A DNA stretch of 64,000 nucleotides from Flectonema sp. DT1601 (lineage: Eukaryota), in contig OZ025789.1 in the NCBI GenBank assembly GCA_964019425.1, forward strand, positions 1,426,001 through 1,490,000, written 5' to 3'. A model generated the notes under the pieces. It did not search any database and was not told the origin of the DNA. It saw only the letters and a program-made list of their open reading frames with translations. Position 1 is the stretch's first letter. Each line of letters opens with the position of its first letter. The translations under genes were made by a program, and so were the position numbers. Shown here in pieces: positions 1 through 11,543 of the stretch.

Positions 1-894
1 AATGTCGAAACTAAATATCAATTGTCGAGGTAGGGTACATCCGGCACCGATACTGTTTCCGATGTGCGGAGACATTCTTCACCTACTGAGGCAAACTGTC
101 AAAGGGCGAGACCGAATGTCTAAAGGCCTGATTAGGCGTAGACAAAACTAGATAGTTTGCCTCAGGAATGGGTTTGAGCTCCCCATATGTAATGCCCGAT
201 TTAGAAGGACGGGTCTCCAACAGCTCAGGTCACGTCAGACATACGTTACACGTTACGGTTGACCGCATGGATGACTTGCTGTTCTCAAGAATAACAGGCG
301 CGTATGAAGTACCTCAAGACGTACCATTACAGACCTTTCTTGGCATCTCTTCAATCCTCTCGGGTTATTACATTGAGGGAACGGTAATACCCAAACAATA
401 ACAAAACATACAGTAGAACCGTTTTAACCCGACTTTCCTTTTTTGCCCCCCAAATTAAATTACTCCCAATCGATCGGTCTTGGTGACGGTCTGATTTTGT
501 TCACGAACTTAGTGATATATTACAATGTTCGCATAGTTTAAGATAAAGCATATTCTTTTTTTTCCTGTCCAAAAACCCAGATGTGCTTCATGTTTATGTT
601 TGTGGTTGAAGAGAACACTCATTGTCTCTCCTTGCTCTTTCTTTGTTGATTATCTCTTTTTTCTTTTTTTTTTTTTTGCTGTTTGCCATACAGATTCAGA
701 ATGAAAAAAAAAAAAAAAAGAAAATTAGAGATTTCGCGCCACTCTCTCTTTCCATGTTGTATTCTGCACTTTTTGTGGAACTCAATATTAATTTGTTTGT
801 CACTTTTTTTTTTTACCTGATGGTAATATTATTATTGTTTATTCCTATTAGTATCAAGAGGTTATCGTACTAATCACCTAACTTCCTTGAGGAA

Positions 895-1932
895 GAACCT
901 ACTGATGCTCCCGTACCAACTCCAGAACGTACTGATGCGACTCCAACGCCAACATCTTCAGCGGGAAAAACAGGTGTGCACCTCTGTTCCGACAGGATTG
1001 CTGAATGGGGAGGGTGCAGTGCTGCCCCGTATTGCTGTGCTGACGGCCTGACATGTTTTGAACAAAGTGAATGGTACGCTCAGTGTGGGAAAACCTGCAG
1101 CGGTGGGAGTTGCAAAGACTTGGGAAAGCTCAAAGACGTGAGCGAGTTGGGTGAATTGGGTCAAGAAGCACCAGTTTGTAATAACTTCCTTTCATGGCAG
1201 AACAATGATGTGTACTGCACTGGTAGTGGAGGTTGTAATACAATTCCAAACTCAGGAACTTGTATGGCGGGAGATTCAAAGTGCTTTGGCAGCAGTGATG
1301 CGGCAGAGGGTGCCAGGAAGGTGATTACTTTCGTGTTGAAGAACGGAGTTTCTGCTTTCGATCGATCGGAATTCGAAAGATTAATCCACAGCTGTCTGCG
1401 TGACCCTGCAGCAAAGGTGTTGCTGAAGTACCTCTGTCCGAGCAGTGTTTGTCCGGGTGGTGTTTGTGCTGATCCATTTGGAGGCGCATCGAAGTGTTTC
1501 TCGTTGTTTGACATCAGCGCAGGTAGGATTAGCATCTTGGAAGGGAACACTGCAGAAGGATCAGTTGTTGGCTTTGAGATCGAAGGGAGTGACGAGGGTT
1601 TGGTTTCCTCTTATAATGAGAAGCAGCTCCCGGGTGTTGTTTCGATGCACGAGGAATGGCAATCTGCTGGTTACGATGGAAGCGAAGACGGTAGCAGCAC
1701 TGTCAACAGCAGCTTGTTAACAGCCCTTATTGCTACTGTTGCTGCCGTGGTTGGATGTGTGTTGATGGCTGTGGGAGTTACATTCTACAAAAGAACCCAT
1801 CAGAATGCCGCTCCCACCGCCGGATCCGTAGAAATTGCATTTGACGGTGACGACGAAGTACTTGCGACTGAAGCCGATGCTCTTTCGAAAACAACAACTG
1901 CGAATGAGCATGACTACCAGTTTCAAATATAA
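895..1932 (+). pseudogene. 5'-truncated copy of the GH18 chitinase gene (end of PT linker, CBM1-like/Cys-rich region, TM helix and tail only)
   Basis: Near-identical to the last ~1 kb of 3510..6080. Begins abruptly inside the PTDAPVPTPE repeat. In-frame TAA at 871, no signal peptide or GH18 domain, and a Cys->Phe change (NNFLSW vs NNCLSW). Confidence 0.75.
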
Positions 1933-3102
1933 GTTGGAACCAACACTTGACTAAACTCGGACTAAACAAAGTGAACAATTATTCTATCAACACAGTGAAC
2001 AATTATTATATCTTATCTATCCTCTTATTCCCGATGTGGTGCTGTAGTGTACCGTATCCCGTGATCGAACGAATGAAACCATGCATTCGTGTTTTTTTTT
2101 GGTTTCTTCGTTCCATTTTTACTTAATTCATTCGCGAACATAAAGAAACAGTAATCAAAGTATCCTGAAGTTCTTAACATTTGTTTTTTTTCCCTTCAAT
2201 TTAGTGCTGCCGAGCAACACTTTTGTCTGAACGAGAGTGATCCATTATGCACAAGTGTTGCTCAAAAGAGTGTTGTTTCAAAGACTTCAAGGAAATAAGG
2301 ATAAACGAAATAAAGTGAAAAAAAATAAAACAATTCCTCGGTGCAATGTTGCGACGTACATATCCTCAAGGAGTAGATCTTTAGTGGATGTCGTCAAACA
2401 GTTATCTGAGTGTTGTTTTCCTCCCATAGCCTTCTTTTTCTTTCATAGTCTCGCTCACCGCAGACGCGACATAATATTATATCTTTTTGTCGATTATTAC
2501 TTTCTTTTCTTTTTGCAACTGCAGTTTTGTTCATTTTGTGTGAACTCAAGCTTACGGTGACCCCTTCATTGGGTTAGCTGTTTGTTATGTTAATGATAAT
2601 TTGTTTTCTTTTTTTGGTTTAGCCTTTAACTTTAAGGTAAAAGCAACAAAGTTAACTTCTTATCACTTGGAAACAAGTGACCCTCTCTTTAACTACACTT
2701 TATAGTCTTTCCTCGCTGACAATCTTTCGGTAAATAATCGACAGGCAAGAATGAATCTCGCTGATTCGTGTTTATTCCTGTACAATTTCTCTCTTAATGA
2801 CTAATTCGCATTTGCTTGCTATTCGAGGCAGCAAAATTCATGGTCTTTTTTTCTTCATACACAGCAATTTTTTTTTGTGCACTCTTAACAGTTTTTTTGT
2901 GCCTTTAACTAACTAACAAATTAACCACTCCATACTCGTTTCCTTGCTGAAGATTGTTTTCTCTCTCTCTTGCTGTTGCTGTTGAGAACTGTTTTATTTT
3001 AATTTCCACGTAGTTTGCTTCCTTATGGAACTTGTTTGAATTGAGTGTGCCAAAAAGCATTGTTGTAATTATTGTTTCCAACCCCACAGCTCACTAATAA
3101 AT

Positions 3103-3168
3103 ATGTCCACCATCACTAAGCTTCACGCCAGAGAGGTAATCGACTCGAGAGGTAACCCAACTGTCGAG
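3103..3168 (+). pseudogene. Orphan copy of enolase exon 1 ([22 protein letters not shown]) with its GT donor
   Basis: Same peptide as 13045..13110, followed by GTATGA. The intron is then joined to chitinase upstream sequence at 3213. Confidence 0.9.
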
Positions 3169-3509
3169 GTATGAATGTAATGTTTTTGTGTAGATTTGAT
3201 TGCAGATGATCTCCCCGGTCAAATATGTATCCGAGAGAGGATGATTTCCTTCTTGATTGCATTTCTTTCGTTCTTCCTTTCTTTATCCCGTTTCCCCGAG
3301 AATTATCGAAAAGATTTGGTAACGCTGCAGATTCGTGCCTGGTGATATCTTCTGATACTTTTTTTGTGGTAAGATATTCCGTTTTAAACATTTCTTCTCT
3401 GCAACAGGTTGGGGATTGAGTTGTGTTAATTTTAAAGTTTGAAGACCTGCTGAACTTTGTGAAAGTCTGACTAACTGAAGTTATTCAATACAGTTTATAC
3501 ACTTACTAC

Positions 3510-6080
3510 ATGATGAAATATCTACTGTCATTTGTGTTGTTACTCCTCACACAAGAAGGGATTGGGAGTGAAACTGATAGGATGATTGCATACGTTGGGA
3601 ACTGGCAAGCCTGCCCTACCAGCGAACAGACTGCTTCGTACACGGAGCTACTCATCGCTTTTGCGGTGACTTACCAATGGGCTCCTGGGAAAAACACCTG
3701 CAACACGCAGTGCGTTATCGGAAGCCCGGTTCCGATTTGCAACAACAAACCAAACGCACCACTTGTGTCTCAGTGGCAGTCGGAGGGAAAGAAAGTCATC
3801 CTTTCATTTGGAGGAGCTGGAATGGGAGGATCGTGGAGCTCAAGTGTCGACGACTGTTGGGATTACTGTTATGGTAAGGAAGACTTCGTCGTTGAGCAGC
3901 TGGTGAATATTGTTTCGGTTCAGGGATTCGATGGAGTCGATATTGACTACGAGTACTACTACGAGAATGGTCAAAAGGGTTCGTCTTTCTCTAAAGGAGC
4001 GGAGGCGCAGAAGTTCTTGAGGGAGGTGACGCAGAAGCTCCGCGCACAGCTGCCTGCCGGGAAGATTGTATCCCATGCACCAATGGACTCTGACATGGTA
4101 AAGGGAACTGGTTACTACAATGTGATTAAGAGCGTGGCCGGTGACTTGGATTTCCTGATGCCTCAATACTACAATGGATTGGTTCGACCAGAAACCGCGT
4201 TCACATCGAACGATCAAAAAGCTTTGACTCACTACACAGATCTTGTTGATGATGTGTTCTCAGGGGACGGAACAAAGATGACGTTCGGATTTTGTATCAG
4301 TGACTGTCCAGGATACAATACTCAATCATCAACAGCTGTCCAGGTTGTACAGAGGATGAAGTCACACTTTCCTTGCAACGGAGGAGTGTTCTTCTGGGTA
4401 GCGAATCACGATACTTCGGGATTATGGTCAAAGGCCGTCGCCGCGGAGCTGGGGAGCAACTGCGGTGGAAATACAACACCGAGACCACCGACAACCAGCA
4501 CACCAACTCTTCCAACGTCTCCTCCGGTTACAACGCCGCGACCACCAACAACAAGTCCTCCAGTTCCATCTCCAACAGCAGCAGTGACTCCAAGACCTGC
4601 TTCAGGTGTTCAATGCAACATTTGGAATTCATGTAGTGCCACACCCGACTGCTGTCCGACTGGAACATCCTGTTACAATCAGGACCAGCACTACGCACAG
4701 TGCAGGCCTTCGTGTCCTAGTAACTGGGCGTGCAGCAACCAAACCCCAAAACCACCCACCGCGACTCCAATGCCGCCAACAGCCACCAACGCTCCCGTAC
4801 CAACACCGGAACCTACTGATGCTCCAGTACCAACACCGGAACCTACTGATGCTCCAGTACCAACACCGGAACCTACTGATGCTCCATTACCAACTCCAGA
4901 ACCTACTGATGCTCCAGTACCAACTCCAGAACCTACTGATGCTCCAGTACCAACTCCAGAACCTACTGATGCTCCAGTACCAACTCCAGAACCTACTGAT
5001 GCTCCAGTACCAACTCCAGAACCTACTGATGCTCCCGTACCAACTCCAAAACCTACTGATGCTCCAACACCGAAACCCACTGATGCGACTCCAAAGCCAA
5101 CATCTTCAGCGGGAAAAACAGGTGTGCACCTCTGTTCCGACAGGATTGCTGAATGGGGAGGGTGCAGTGCTGCCCCGTATTGCTGTGCTGACGGCCTGAC
5201 ATGTTTTGAACAAAGTGAATGGTACGCTCAGTGTGGGAAAACCTGCAGCGGTGGGAGTTGCAAAGACTTGGGAAAGCTCAAAGACGTGAGCGAGTTGGGT
5301 GAATTGGGTCAAGAAGCACCAGTTTGTAATAACTGCCTTTCATGGCAGAACAATGATGTGTACTGCACTGGTAGTGGAGGTTGTAATACAATTCCAAACT
5401 CAGGAACTTGTATGGCGGGAGATTCAAAGTGCTTTGGCAGCAGTGATGCGGCAGAGGGTGCCAGGAAGGTGATTACTTTCGTGTTGAAGAACGGAGTTTC
5501 TGCTTTCGATCGATCGGAATTCGAAAGATTAATCCACAGCTGTCTGCGTGACCCTGCAGCAAAGGTGTTGCTGAAGTACCTCTGTCCGAGCAGTGTTTGT
5601 CCGGGTGGTGTTTGTGCTGATCCATTTGGAGGCGCATCGAAGTGTTTCTCGTTGTTTGACATCAGCGCAGGTAGGATTAGCATCTTGGAAGGGAACACTG
5701 CAGAAGGATCAGTTGTTGGCTTTGAGATCGAAGGGAGTGACGAGGGATTGGTTTCCTCTTATAATGAGAAGCAACTCCCGGGTGTTGTTTCGATGCACGA
5801 GGAATGGCAATCTGCTGGTTACGATGGAAGCGAAGACGGTAGCAGCACTGTCAACAGCAGCTTGTTAACAGCCCTTATTGCTACTGTTGCTGCCGTGGTT
5901 GGATGTGTGTTGATGGCTGTGGGAGTTACATTCTACAAAAGAACCCACCAGAATGCCGCTCCCACCGCCGGATCCGTAGAAATTGCATTTGACGGTGACG
6001 ACGAAGTACTTGCGACTGAAGCCGATGCTCTTTCGAAAACAACAACTGCGAATGAGCATGACTACCAGTTTCAAATATAA
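3510..6080 (+). CDS. Type I membrane-anchored GH18 chitinase, 856 aa: signal peptide, GH18, PT linkers, two CBM1-like Cys modules, Cys-rich region, TM helix
   Basis: SFGGA and FDGVDIDYE (DxDxE) motifs. CCPTGTSCYNQDQHYAQC and CCADGLTCFEQSEWYAQC resemble CBM1. Hydrophobic N-terminus and C-terminal TM segment. Confidence 0.92.
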   Translation: MMKYLLSFVLLLLTQEGIGSETDRMIAYVGNWQACPTSEQTASYTELLIAFAVTYQWAPGKNTCNTQCVIGSPVPICNNKPNAPLVSQWQSEGKKVILSFGGAGMGGSWSSSVDDCWDYCYGKEDFVVEQLVNIVSVQGFDGVDIDYEYYYENGQKGSSFSKGAEAQKFLREVTQKLRAQLPAGKIVSHAPMDSDMVKGTGYYNVIKSVAGDLDFLMPQYYNGLVRPETAFTSNDQKALTHYTDLVDDVFSGDGTKMTFGFCISDCPGYNTQSSTAVQVVQRMKSHFPCNGGVFFWVANHDTSGLWSKAVAAELGSNCGGNTTPRPPTTSTPTLPTSPPVTTPRPPTTSPPVPSPTAAVTPRPASGVQCNIWNSCSATPDCCPTGTSCYNQDQHYAQCRPSCPSNWACSNQTPKPPTATPMPPTATNAPVPTPEPTDAPVPTPEPTDAPVPTPEPTDAPLPTPEPTDAPVPTPEPTDAPVPTPEPTDAPVPTPEPTDAPVPTPEPTDAPVPTPKPTDAPTPKPTDATPKPTSSAGKTGVHLCSDRIAEWGGCSAAPYCCADGLTCFEQSEWYAQCGKTCSGGSCKDLGKLKDVSELGELGQEAPVCNNCLSWQNNDVYCTGSGGCNTIPNSGTCMAGDSKCFGSSDAAEGARKVITFVLKNGVSAFDRSEFERLIHSCLRDPAAKVLLKYLCPSSVCPGGVCADPFGGASKCFSLFDISAGRISILEGNTAEGSVVGFEIEGSDEGLVSSYNEKQLPGVVSMHEEWQSAGYDGSEDGSSTVNSSLLTALIATVAAVVGCVLMAVGVTFYKRTHQNAAPTAGSVEIAFDGDDEVLATEADALSKTTTANEHDYQFQI
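4791..5060 (+). repeat. 30-bp coding minisatellite, 9 units (APVPTPEPTD)
   Basis: GCTCCAGTACCAACTCCAGAACCTACTGAT tandem units. Confidence 0.95.
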
Positions 6081-7581
6081 GTTGGAACCAACACTTGACT
6101 AAACTCAGATTAAACAAAGTGAACAATTATTCTATCAACACAGTGAACAATTATTATATCTTATCTATCCTCTTATTCGCGATGTGGTGCTGTAGTGTAC
6201 CGTATCCCGCGATCGAACGAATGAAACCATGCATTCGTGTTTTTTTTTGGTTTCTTCGTTCCATTTTTACTTAGTTCATTCGCGAACATAAAGAAACAGT
6301 AATCAAAGTATCCTGAAGTTCTTAACATTTGTTTTTTTTCCCCTCAATTTAGTGCTGCCGAGCAACACTTTTGTCTGAACGAGAGTGATCCATTATGCAC
6401 AAGTGTTGCTCAAAAGAGTGTTGTTTCAAAGACTTCAAGGAAATAAGGATAAACGAAATAAAGTGAAAAAAATAAAACAATTCCTCGGTGCAATGTTGCG
6501 ACGTACATATCCTCAAGGAGTAGATCTTTAGTGGATGTCGTCAAACAGTTATCTGAGTGTTGTTTTCCTCCCATAGCCTTCTTTTTCTTTCATAGTCTCG
6601 CTCACCGCAGACGCGACATAATATTATATCTTTTTCTCAATTATTACCTTCTTTTCTTTTAGCAACTGCAGTTTTGTTCATTTTGTGTGAACTCAAGCTT
6701 ACGGTGACCCCTTCATTGGGTTAGCTGTTTGTTATGTTAATGAAATTTTGTTTTCTTTTTTTGGTTTAGCCTTTAACTTTAAGGTAAAAGCAACAAAGTT
6801 AACTTCTTATCACTTGGAAACAAGTGACCCTCTCTTTAACTACAGTCTTTCCTCGCTGACAATCTTTCGGTAAATAATCGACAGGCAAGAATGAATCTCG
6901 CTGATTTGTGTTTATTCCTGTACAATTTCTCTCTTAATGACTAATTCGCATTTGCTTGCTATTCGAGGCAGCAAAATTCATGGTCTTTTTTTCTTCATAC
7001 ACAGCAATATTTTTTTTGTGCTCTCTTAACAGTTTTTTTGTGTCTTTAACTAACTAACAAACTAACTACACTCTATACTCGTTTCCTTGCTGAAGATTCT
7101 TTTCTTTGTAAGCGTCTCGAAACTTTTTATTACGCAAAACACATGAAGTGTAATTTTGTTTTACAGTCCCGCGGTAACGGTGACACTACAAATTCCCTTC
7201 CTCTGTCCCCCTTTTTGGAATACAACATCGCCCGTTAAAGTAATTTGTTGTTTCAATAAGACTCTCAAGAGTTTGTTGTTGATTACATATTGCTTTCTGT
7301 GTTCCTGTTGAAAGAATCAGAACAGGGTTTCAAATGGAAGTAACTACGCACTCTCTCCTTTATCCATTTCCATTTCATCTTCTTATTGCTTTCTGATATG
7401 CGACCTGATAAAGGTATTCGATTGTGCTTCAGCTAGCATTCTATCTCTTGCTGTTGCTGTTGAGAACTGTTTTATTTTAATTTCCACGTAGTTTGCTTCC
7501 TTATGGAACTTGTTTGAATTGAGTGTGCCAAAAAGCATTGTTGTAATTATTGTTTCCAACCCCACAGCTCACACAGTAAAT

Positions 7582-7647
7582 ATGTCCACCATCACTAAGC
7601 TTCACGCCAGAGAGGTAATCGACTCGAGAGGTAACCCAACTGTCGAG
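7582..7647 (+). pseudogene. Second orphan copy of enolase exon 1
   Basis: Same 66-nt exon plus GTATGA donor, with junction at 7692. Confidence 0.9.
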
Positions 7648-7988
7648 GTATGAATGTAATGTTTTTGTGTAGATTTGATTGCAGGTGATCTCCCCGGTCA
7701 AATATGTATCCGAGAGAGGATGATTTCCTTCTTGATTGCATTTCTTTCGTTCTTCCTTTTCTTTATCCCGTTTCCCCGAGAATTATCGAAAAGATTTGGT
7801 AACGCTGCAGATTCGTGCCTGGTGATATCTTCTGATACTGTTTTTGTGGTAAGATATTCCGTTTAAACATTTCTTTTCTGCAACAGGTTGGGGATTGAGT
7901 TGTGTTAATTTTAAAGTTTGAAGACCTGCTGAACTTTGTGAAAGTCTGACTAACTGAAGTTATTCAATACAGTTTATACACTTACTAC

Positions 7989-10900
7989 ATGATGAAATAT
8001 CTACTGTCATTTGTGTTGTTACTCCTCACACAAGAAGGGATTGGGAGTGAAACTGATAGGATGATTGCATACGTTGGGAACTGGCAAGCCTGCCCTACCA
8101 GCGAACAGACTGCTTCGTACACGGAGCTACTCATCGCTTTTGCGGTGACTTACCAATGGGCTCCTGGGAAAAACACCTGCAACACGCAGTGCGTTATCGG
8201 AAGCCCGGTTCCGATTTGCAACAACAAACCAAACGCACCACTTGTGTCTCGGTGGCAGTCGGAGGGAAAGAAAGTCATCCTTTCATTTGGAGGAGCTGGA
8301 ATGGGAGGATCGTGGAGCTCAAGTGTCGACGACTGTTGGGATTACTGTTATGGTAAGGAAGACTTCGTCGTTGAGCAGCTGGTGAATATTGTTTCGGTTC
8401 AGGGATTCGATGGAGTCGATATTGACTACGAGTACTACTACGAGAATGGTCAAAAGGGTTCGTCTTTCTCTAAAGGAGCGGAGGCGCAGAAGTTCTTGAG
8501 GGAGGTGACACAGAAGCTCCGCGCACAGCTGCCTGCCGGGAAGATTGTATCCCATGCACCAATGGACTCTGACATGGTAAAGGGAACTGGTTACTACAAT
8601 GTGATTAAGAGCGTGGCCGGTGACTTGGATTTCCTGATGCCTCAATACTACAATGGATTGGTTCGACCAGAAACCGCGTTCACATCGAACGATCAAAAAG
8701 CTTTGACTCACTACACAGATCTTGTTGATGATGTGTTCTCAGGGGACGGAACAAAGATGACGTTCGGATTTTGTATCAGTGACTGTCCAGGATACAATAC
8801 TCAATCATCAACAGCTGTCCAGGTTGTACAGAGGATGAAGTCACACTTTCCTTGCAACGGAGGAGTGTTCTTCTGGGTAGCGAATCACGATACTTCGGGA
8901 TTATGGTCAAAGGCCGTCGCCGCGGAGCTGGGGAGCAACTGCGGTGGAAATACAACACCGAGACCACCGACAACCAGCACACCAACTCTTCCAACGTCTC
9001 CTCCGGTTGCAACGCCGCGACCACCAACAACAAGTCCTCCAGTTCCATCTCCAATTGGGAGTGAAACTGATAGGATGATTGCATACGTTGGGAACTGGCA
9101 AGCCTGCCCTACCAGCGAACAGACTGCTTCGTACACGGAGCTACTCATCGCTTTTGCGGTGACTTACCAATGGGCTCCTGGGAAAAACACCTGCAACACG
9201 CAGTGCGTTATCGGAAGCCCGGTTCCGATTTGCAACAACAAACCAAACGCACCACTTGTGTCTCAGTGGCAGTCGGAGGGAAAGAAAGTCATCCTTTCAT
9301 TTGGAGGAGCTGGAATGGGAGGATCGTGGAGCTCAAGTGTCGACGACTGTTGGGATTACTGCTATGGTAAGGAAGACTTCGTCGTTGAGCAGCTGGTGAA
9401 TATTGTTTCGGTTCAGGGATTCGATGGAGTCGATATTGACTACGAGTACTACTACGAGAATGGTCAAAAGGGTTCGTCTTTCTCTAAAGGAGCGGAGGCG
9501 CAGAAGTTCTTGAGGGAGGTGACACAGAAGCTCCGCGCACAGCTGCCTGCCGGGAAGATTGTATCCCATGCACCAATGGACTCTGACATGGTAAAGGGAA
9601 CTGGTTACTACAATGTGATTAAGAGCGTGGCCGGTGACTTGGATTTCCTGATGCCTCAATACTACAATGGATTGGTTCGACCAGAAACCGCGTTCACATC
9701 AAACGATCAAAAAGCTTTGACTCACTACACAGATCTTGTTGATGATGTGTTCTCAGGGGACGGAACAAAGATGACGTTCGGATTTTGTATCAGTGACTGT
9801 CCAGGATACAATACTCAATCATCAACAGCTGTCCAGGTTGTACAGAGGATGAAGTCACACTTTCCTTGCAACGGAGGAGTGTTTTTCTGGGTAGCGAATC
9901 ACGATACTTCGGGATTATGGTCAAAGGCCGTCGCCGCGGAGCTGGGGAGCAACTGCGGTGGAAATACAACACCGAGACCACCGACAACCAGCACACCAAC
10001 TCTTCCAACGTCTCCTCCGGTTACAACGCCGCGACCACCAACAACAAGTCCTCCAGTTCCATCTCCAACAGCAGCAGTGACTCCAAGACCTGCTTCAGGT
10101 GTTCAATGCAACATTTGGAATTCATGTAGTGCCACACCCGACTGCTGTCCGACTGGAACATCCTGTTACAATCAGGACCAGCACTACGCACAGTGCAGGC
10201 CTTCGTGTCCTAGTAACTGGGCGTGCAGCAACCAAACCCCGAAACCACCCACCGCGACTCCAATGCCGCCAACAGCCACCAACGCTCCCGTACCAACACC
10301 GGAACCTACTGATGCTCCAGTACCAACTCCAGAACCTACTGATGCTCCAGTACCAACTCCAGAACCTACTGATGCTCCAGTACCAACTCCAGAACCTACT
10401 GATGCTCCAGTACCAACTCCAGAACCTACTGATGCTCCAGTACCAACTCCAGAACCTACTGATGCTCCAGTACCAACTCCAGAACCTACTGATGCTCCCG
10501 TACCAACTCCAAAACCTACTGATGCTCCAACACCGAAACCCACTGATGCGACTCCAAAGCCAACATCTTCAGCGGGAAAAACAGGTGTGCACCTCTGTTC
10601 CGACAGGATTGCTGAATGGGGAGGGTGCAGTGCTGCCCCGTATTGCTGTGCTGACGGCCTGACATGTTTTGAACAAAGTGAATGGTACGCTCAGTGTGGG
10701 AAAACCTGCAGCGGTGGGAGTTGCAAAGACTTGGGAAAGCTCAAAGACGTGAGCGAGTTGGGTGAATTGGGTCAAGAAGCACCAGTTTGTAATAACTGCC
10801 TTTCATGGCAGAACAATGATGTGTACTGCACTGGTAGTGGAGGTTGTAATACAATTCCAAACTCAGGAACTTGTATGGCGGGAGATTCAAAGTGCTTTGG

Positions 10901-11543
10901 CAGCAGTGATGCGGCAGAGGGTGCCAGGAAGGTGATTACTTTCGTGTTGAAGAACGGAGTTTCTGCTTTCGATCGATCGGAATTCGAAAGATTAATCCAC
11001 AGCTGTCTGCGTGACCCTGCAGCAAAGGTGTTGCTGAAGTACCTCTGTCCGAGCAGTGTTTGTCCGGGTGGTGTTTGTGCTGATCCATTTGGAGGCGCAT
11101 CGAAGTGTTTCTCGTTGTTTGACATCAGCGCAGGTAGGATTAGCATCTTGGAAGGGAACACTGCAGAAGGATCAGTTGTTGGCTTTGAGATCGAAGGGAG
11201 TGACGAGGGTTTGGTTTCCTCTTATAATGAGAAGCAGCTCCCGGGTGTTGTTTCGATGCACGAGGAATGGCAATCTGCTGGTTACGATGGAAGCGAAGAC
11301 GGTAGCAGCACTGTCAACAGCAGCTTGTTAACAGCCCTTATTGCTACTGTTGCTGCCGTGGTTGGATGTGTGTTGATGGCTGTGGGAGTTACATTCTACA
11401 AAAGAACCCATCAGAATGCCGCTCCCATCGCCGGATCCGTAGAAATTGCATTTGACGGTGACGACGAAGTACTTGCGACTGAAGCCGATGCTCTTTCGAA
11501 AACAACAACTGCGAATGAGCATGACTACCAGTTTCAAATATAA
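7989..11543 (+). CDS. Membrane-anchored chitinase with two tandem GH18 domains, 1184 aa
   Basis: In-frame 1014-bp internal duplication (8040..9053 / 9054..10067). Both domains keep DIDYE. Confidence 0.9.
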   Translation: MMKYLLSFVLLLLTQEGIGSETDRMIAYVGNWQACPTSEQTASYTELLIAFAVTYQWAPGKNTCNTQCVIGSPVPICNNKPNAPLVSRWQSEGKKVILSFGGAGMGGSWSSSVDDCWDYCYGKEDFVVEQLVNIVSVQGFDGVDIDYEYYYENGQKGSSFSKGAEAQKFLREVTQKLRAQLPAGKIVSHAPMDSDMVKGTGYYNVIKSVAGDLDFLMPQYYNGLVRPETAFTSNDQKALTHYTDLVDDVFSGDGTKMTFGFCISDCPGYNTQSSTAVQVVQRMKSHFPCNGGVFFWVANHDTSGLWSKAVAAELGSNCGGNTTPRPPTTSTPTLPTSPPVATPRPPTTSPPVPSPIGSETDRMIAYVGNWQACPTSEQTASYTELLIAFAVTYQWAPGKNTCNTQCVIGSPVPICNNKPNAPLVSQWQSEGKKVILSFGGAGMGGSWSSSVDDCWDYCYGKEDFVVEQLVNIVSVQGFDGVDIDYEYYYENGQKGSSFSKGAEAQKFLREVTQKLRAQLPAGKIVSHAPMDSDMVKGTGYYNVIKSVAGDLDFLMPQYYNGLVRPETAFTSNDQKALTHYTDLVDDVFSGDGTKMTFGFCISDCPGYNTQSSTAVQVVQRMKSHFPCNGGVFFWVANHDTSGLWSKAVAAELGSNCGGNTTPRPPTTSTPTLPTSPPVTTPRPPTTSPPVPSPTAAVTPRPASGVQCNIWNSCSATPDCCPTGTSCYNQDQHYAQCRPSCPSNWACSNQTPKPPTATPMPPTATNAPVPTPEPTDAPVPTPEPTDAPVPTPEPTDAPVPTPEPTDAPVPTPEPTDAPVPTPEPTDAPVPTPEPTDAPVPTPKPTDAPTPKPTDATPKPTSSAGKTGVHLCSDRIAEWGGCSAAPYCCADGLTCFEQSEWYAQCGKTCSGGSCKDLGKLKDVSELGELGQEAPVCNNCLSWQNNDVYCTGSGGCNTIPNSGTCMAGDSKCFGSSDAAEGARKVITFVLKNGVSAFDRSEFERLIHSCLRDPAAKVLLKYLCPSSVCPGGVCADPFGGASKCFSLFDISAGRISILEGNTAEGSVVGFEIEGSDEGLVSSYNEKQLPGVVSMHEEWQSAGYDGSEDGSSTVNSSLLTALIATVAAVVGCVLMAVGVTFYKRTHQNAAPIAGSVEIAFDGDDEVLATEADALSKTTTANEHDYQFQI
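10284..10523 (+). repeat. 30-bp coding minisatellite, 8 units
   Basis: Same unit as 4791..5060, one copy fewer. Confidence 0.93.

Noticed and set aside
1..401. Short ORFs with CFRC..HLL and PICNARF zinc-finger-like fragments
   Set aside because: Motifs are incomplete and spread over broken frames, so no family can be assigned.
2212..2262. 11-bp inverted repeat GAGCAACACTT/AAGTGTTGCTC in the chitinase 3' spacer
   Set aside because: Its three copies are explained by the recent duplication, and there is no independent evidence of function.
4791..5060. Regular 30-bp repeats as a CRISPR array
   Set aside because: No spacers. It is an in-frame coding minisatellite.
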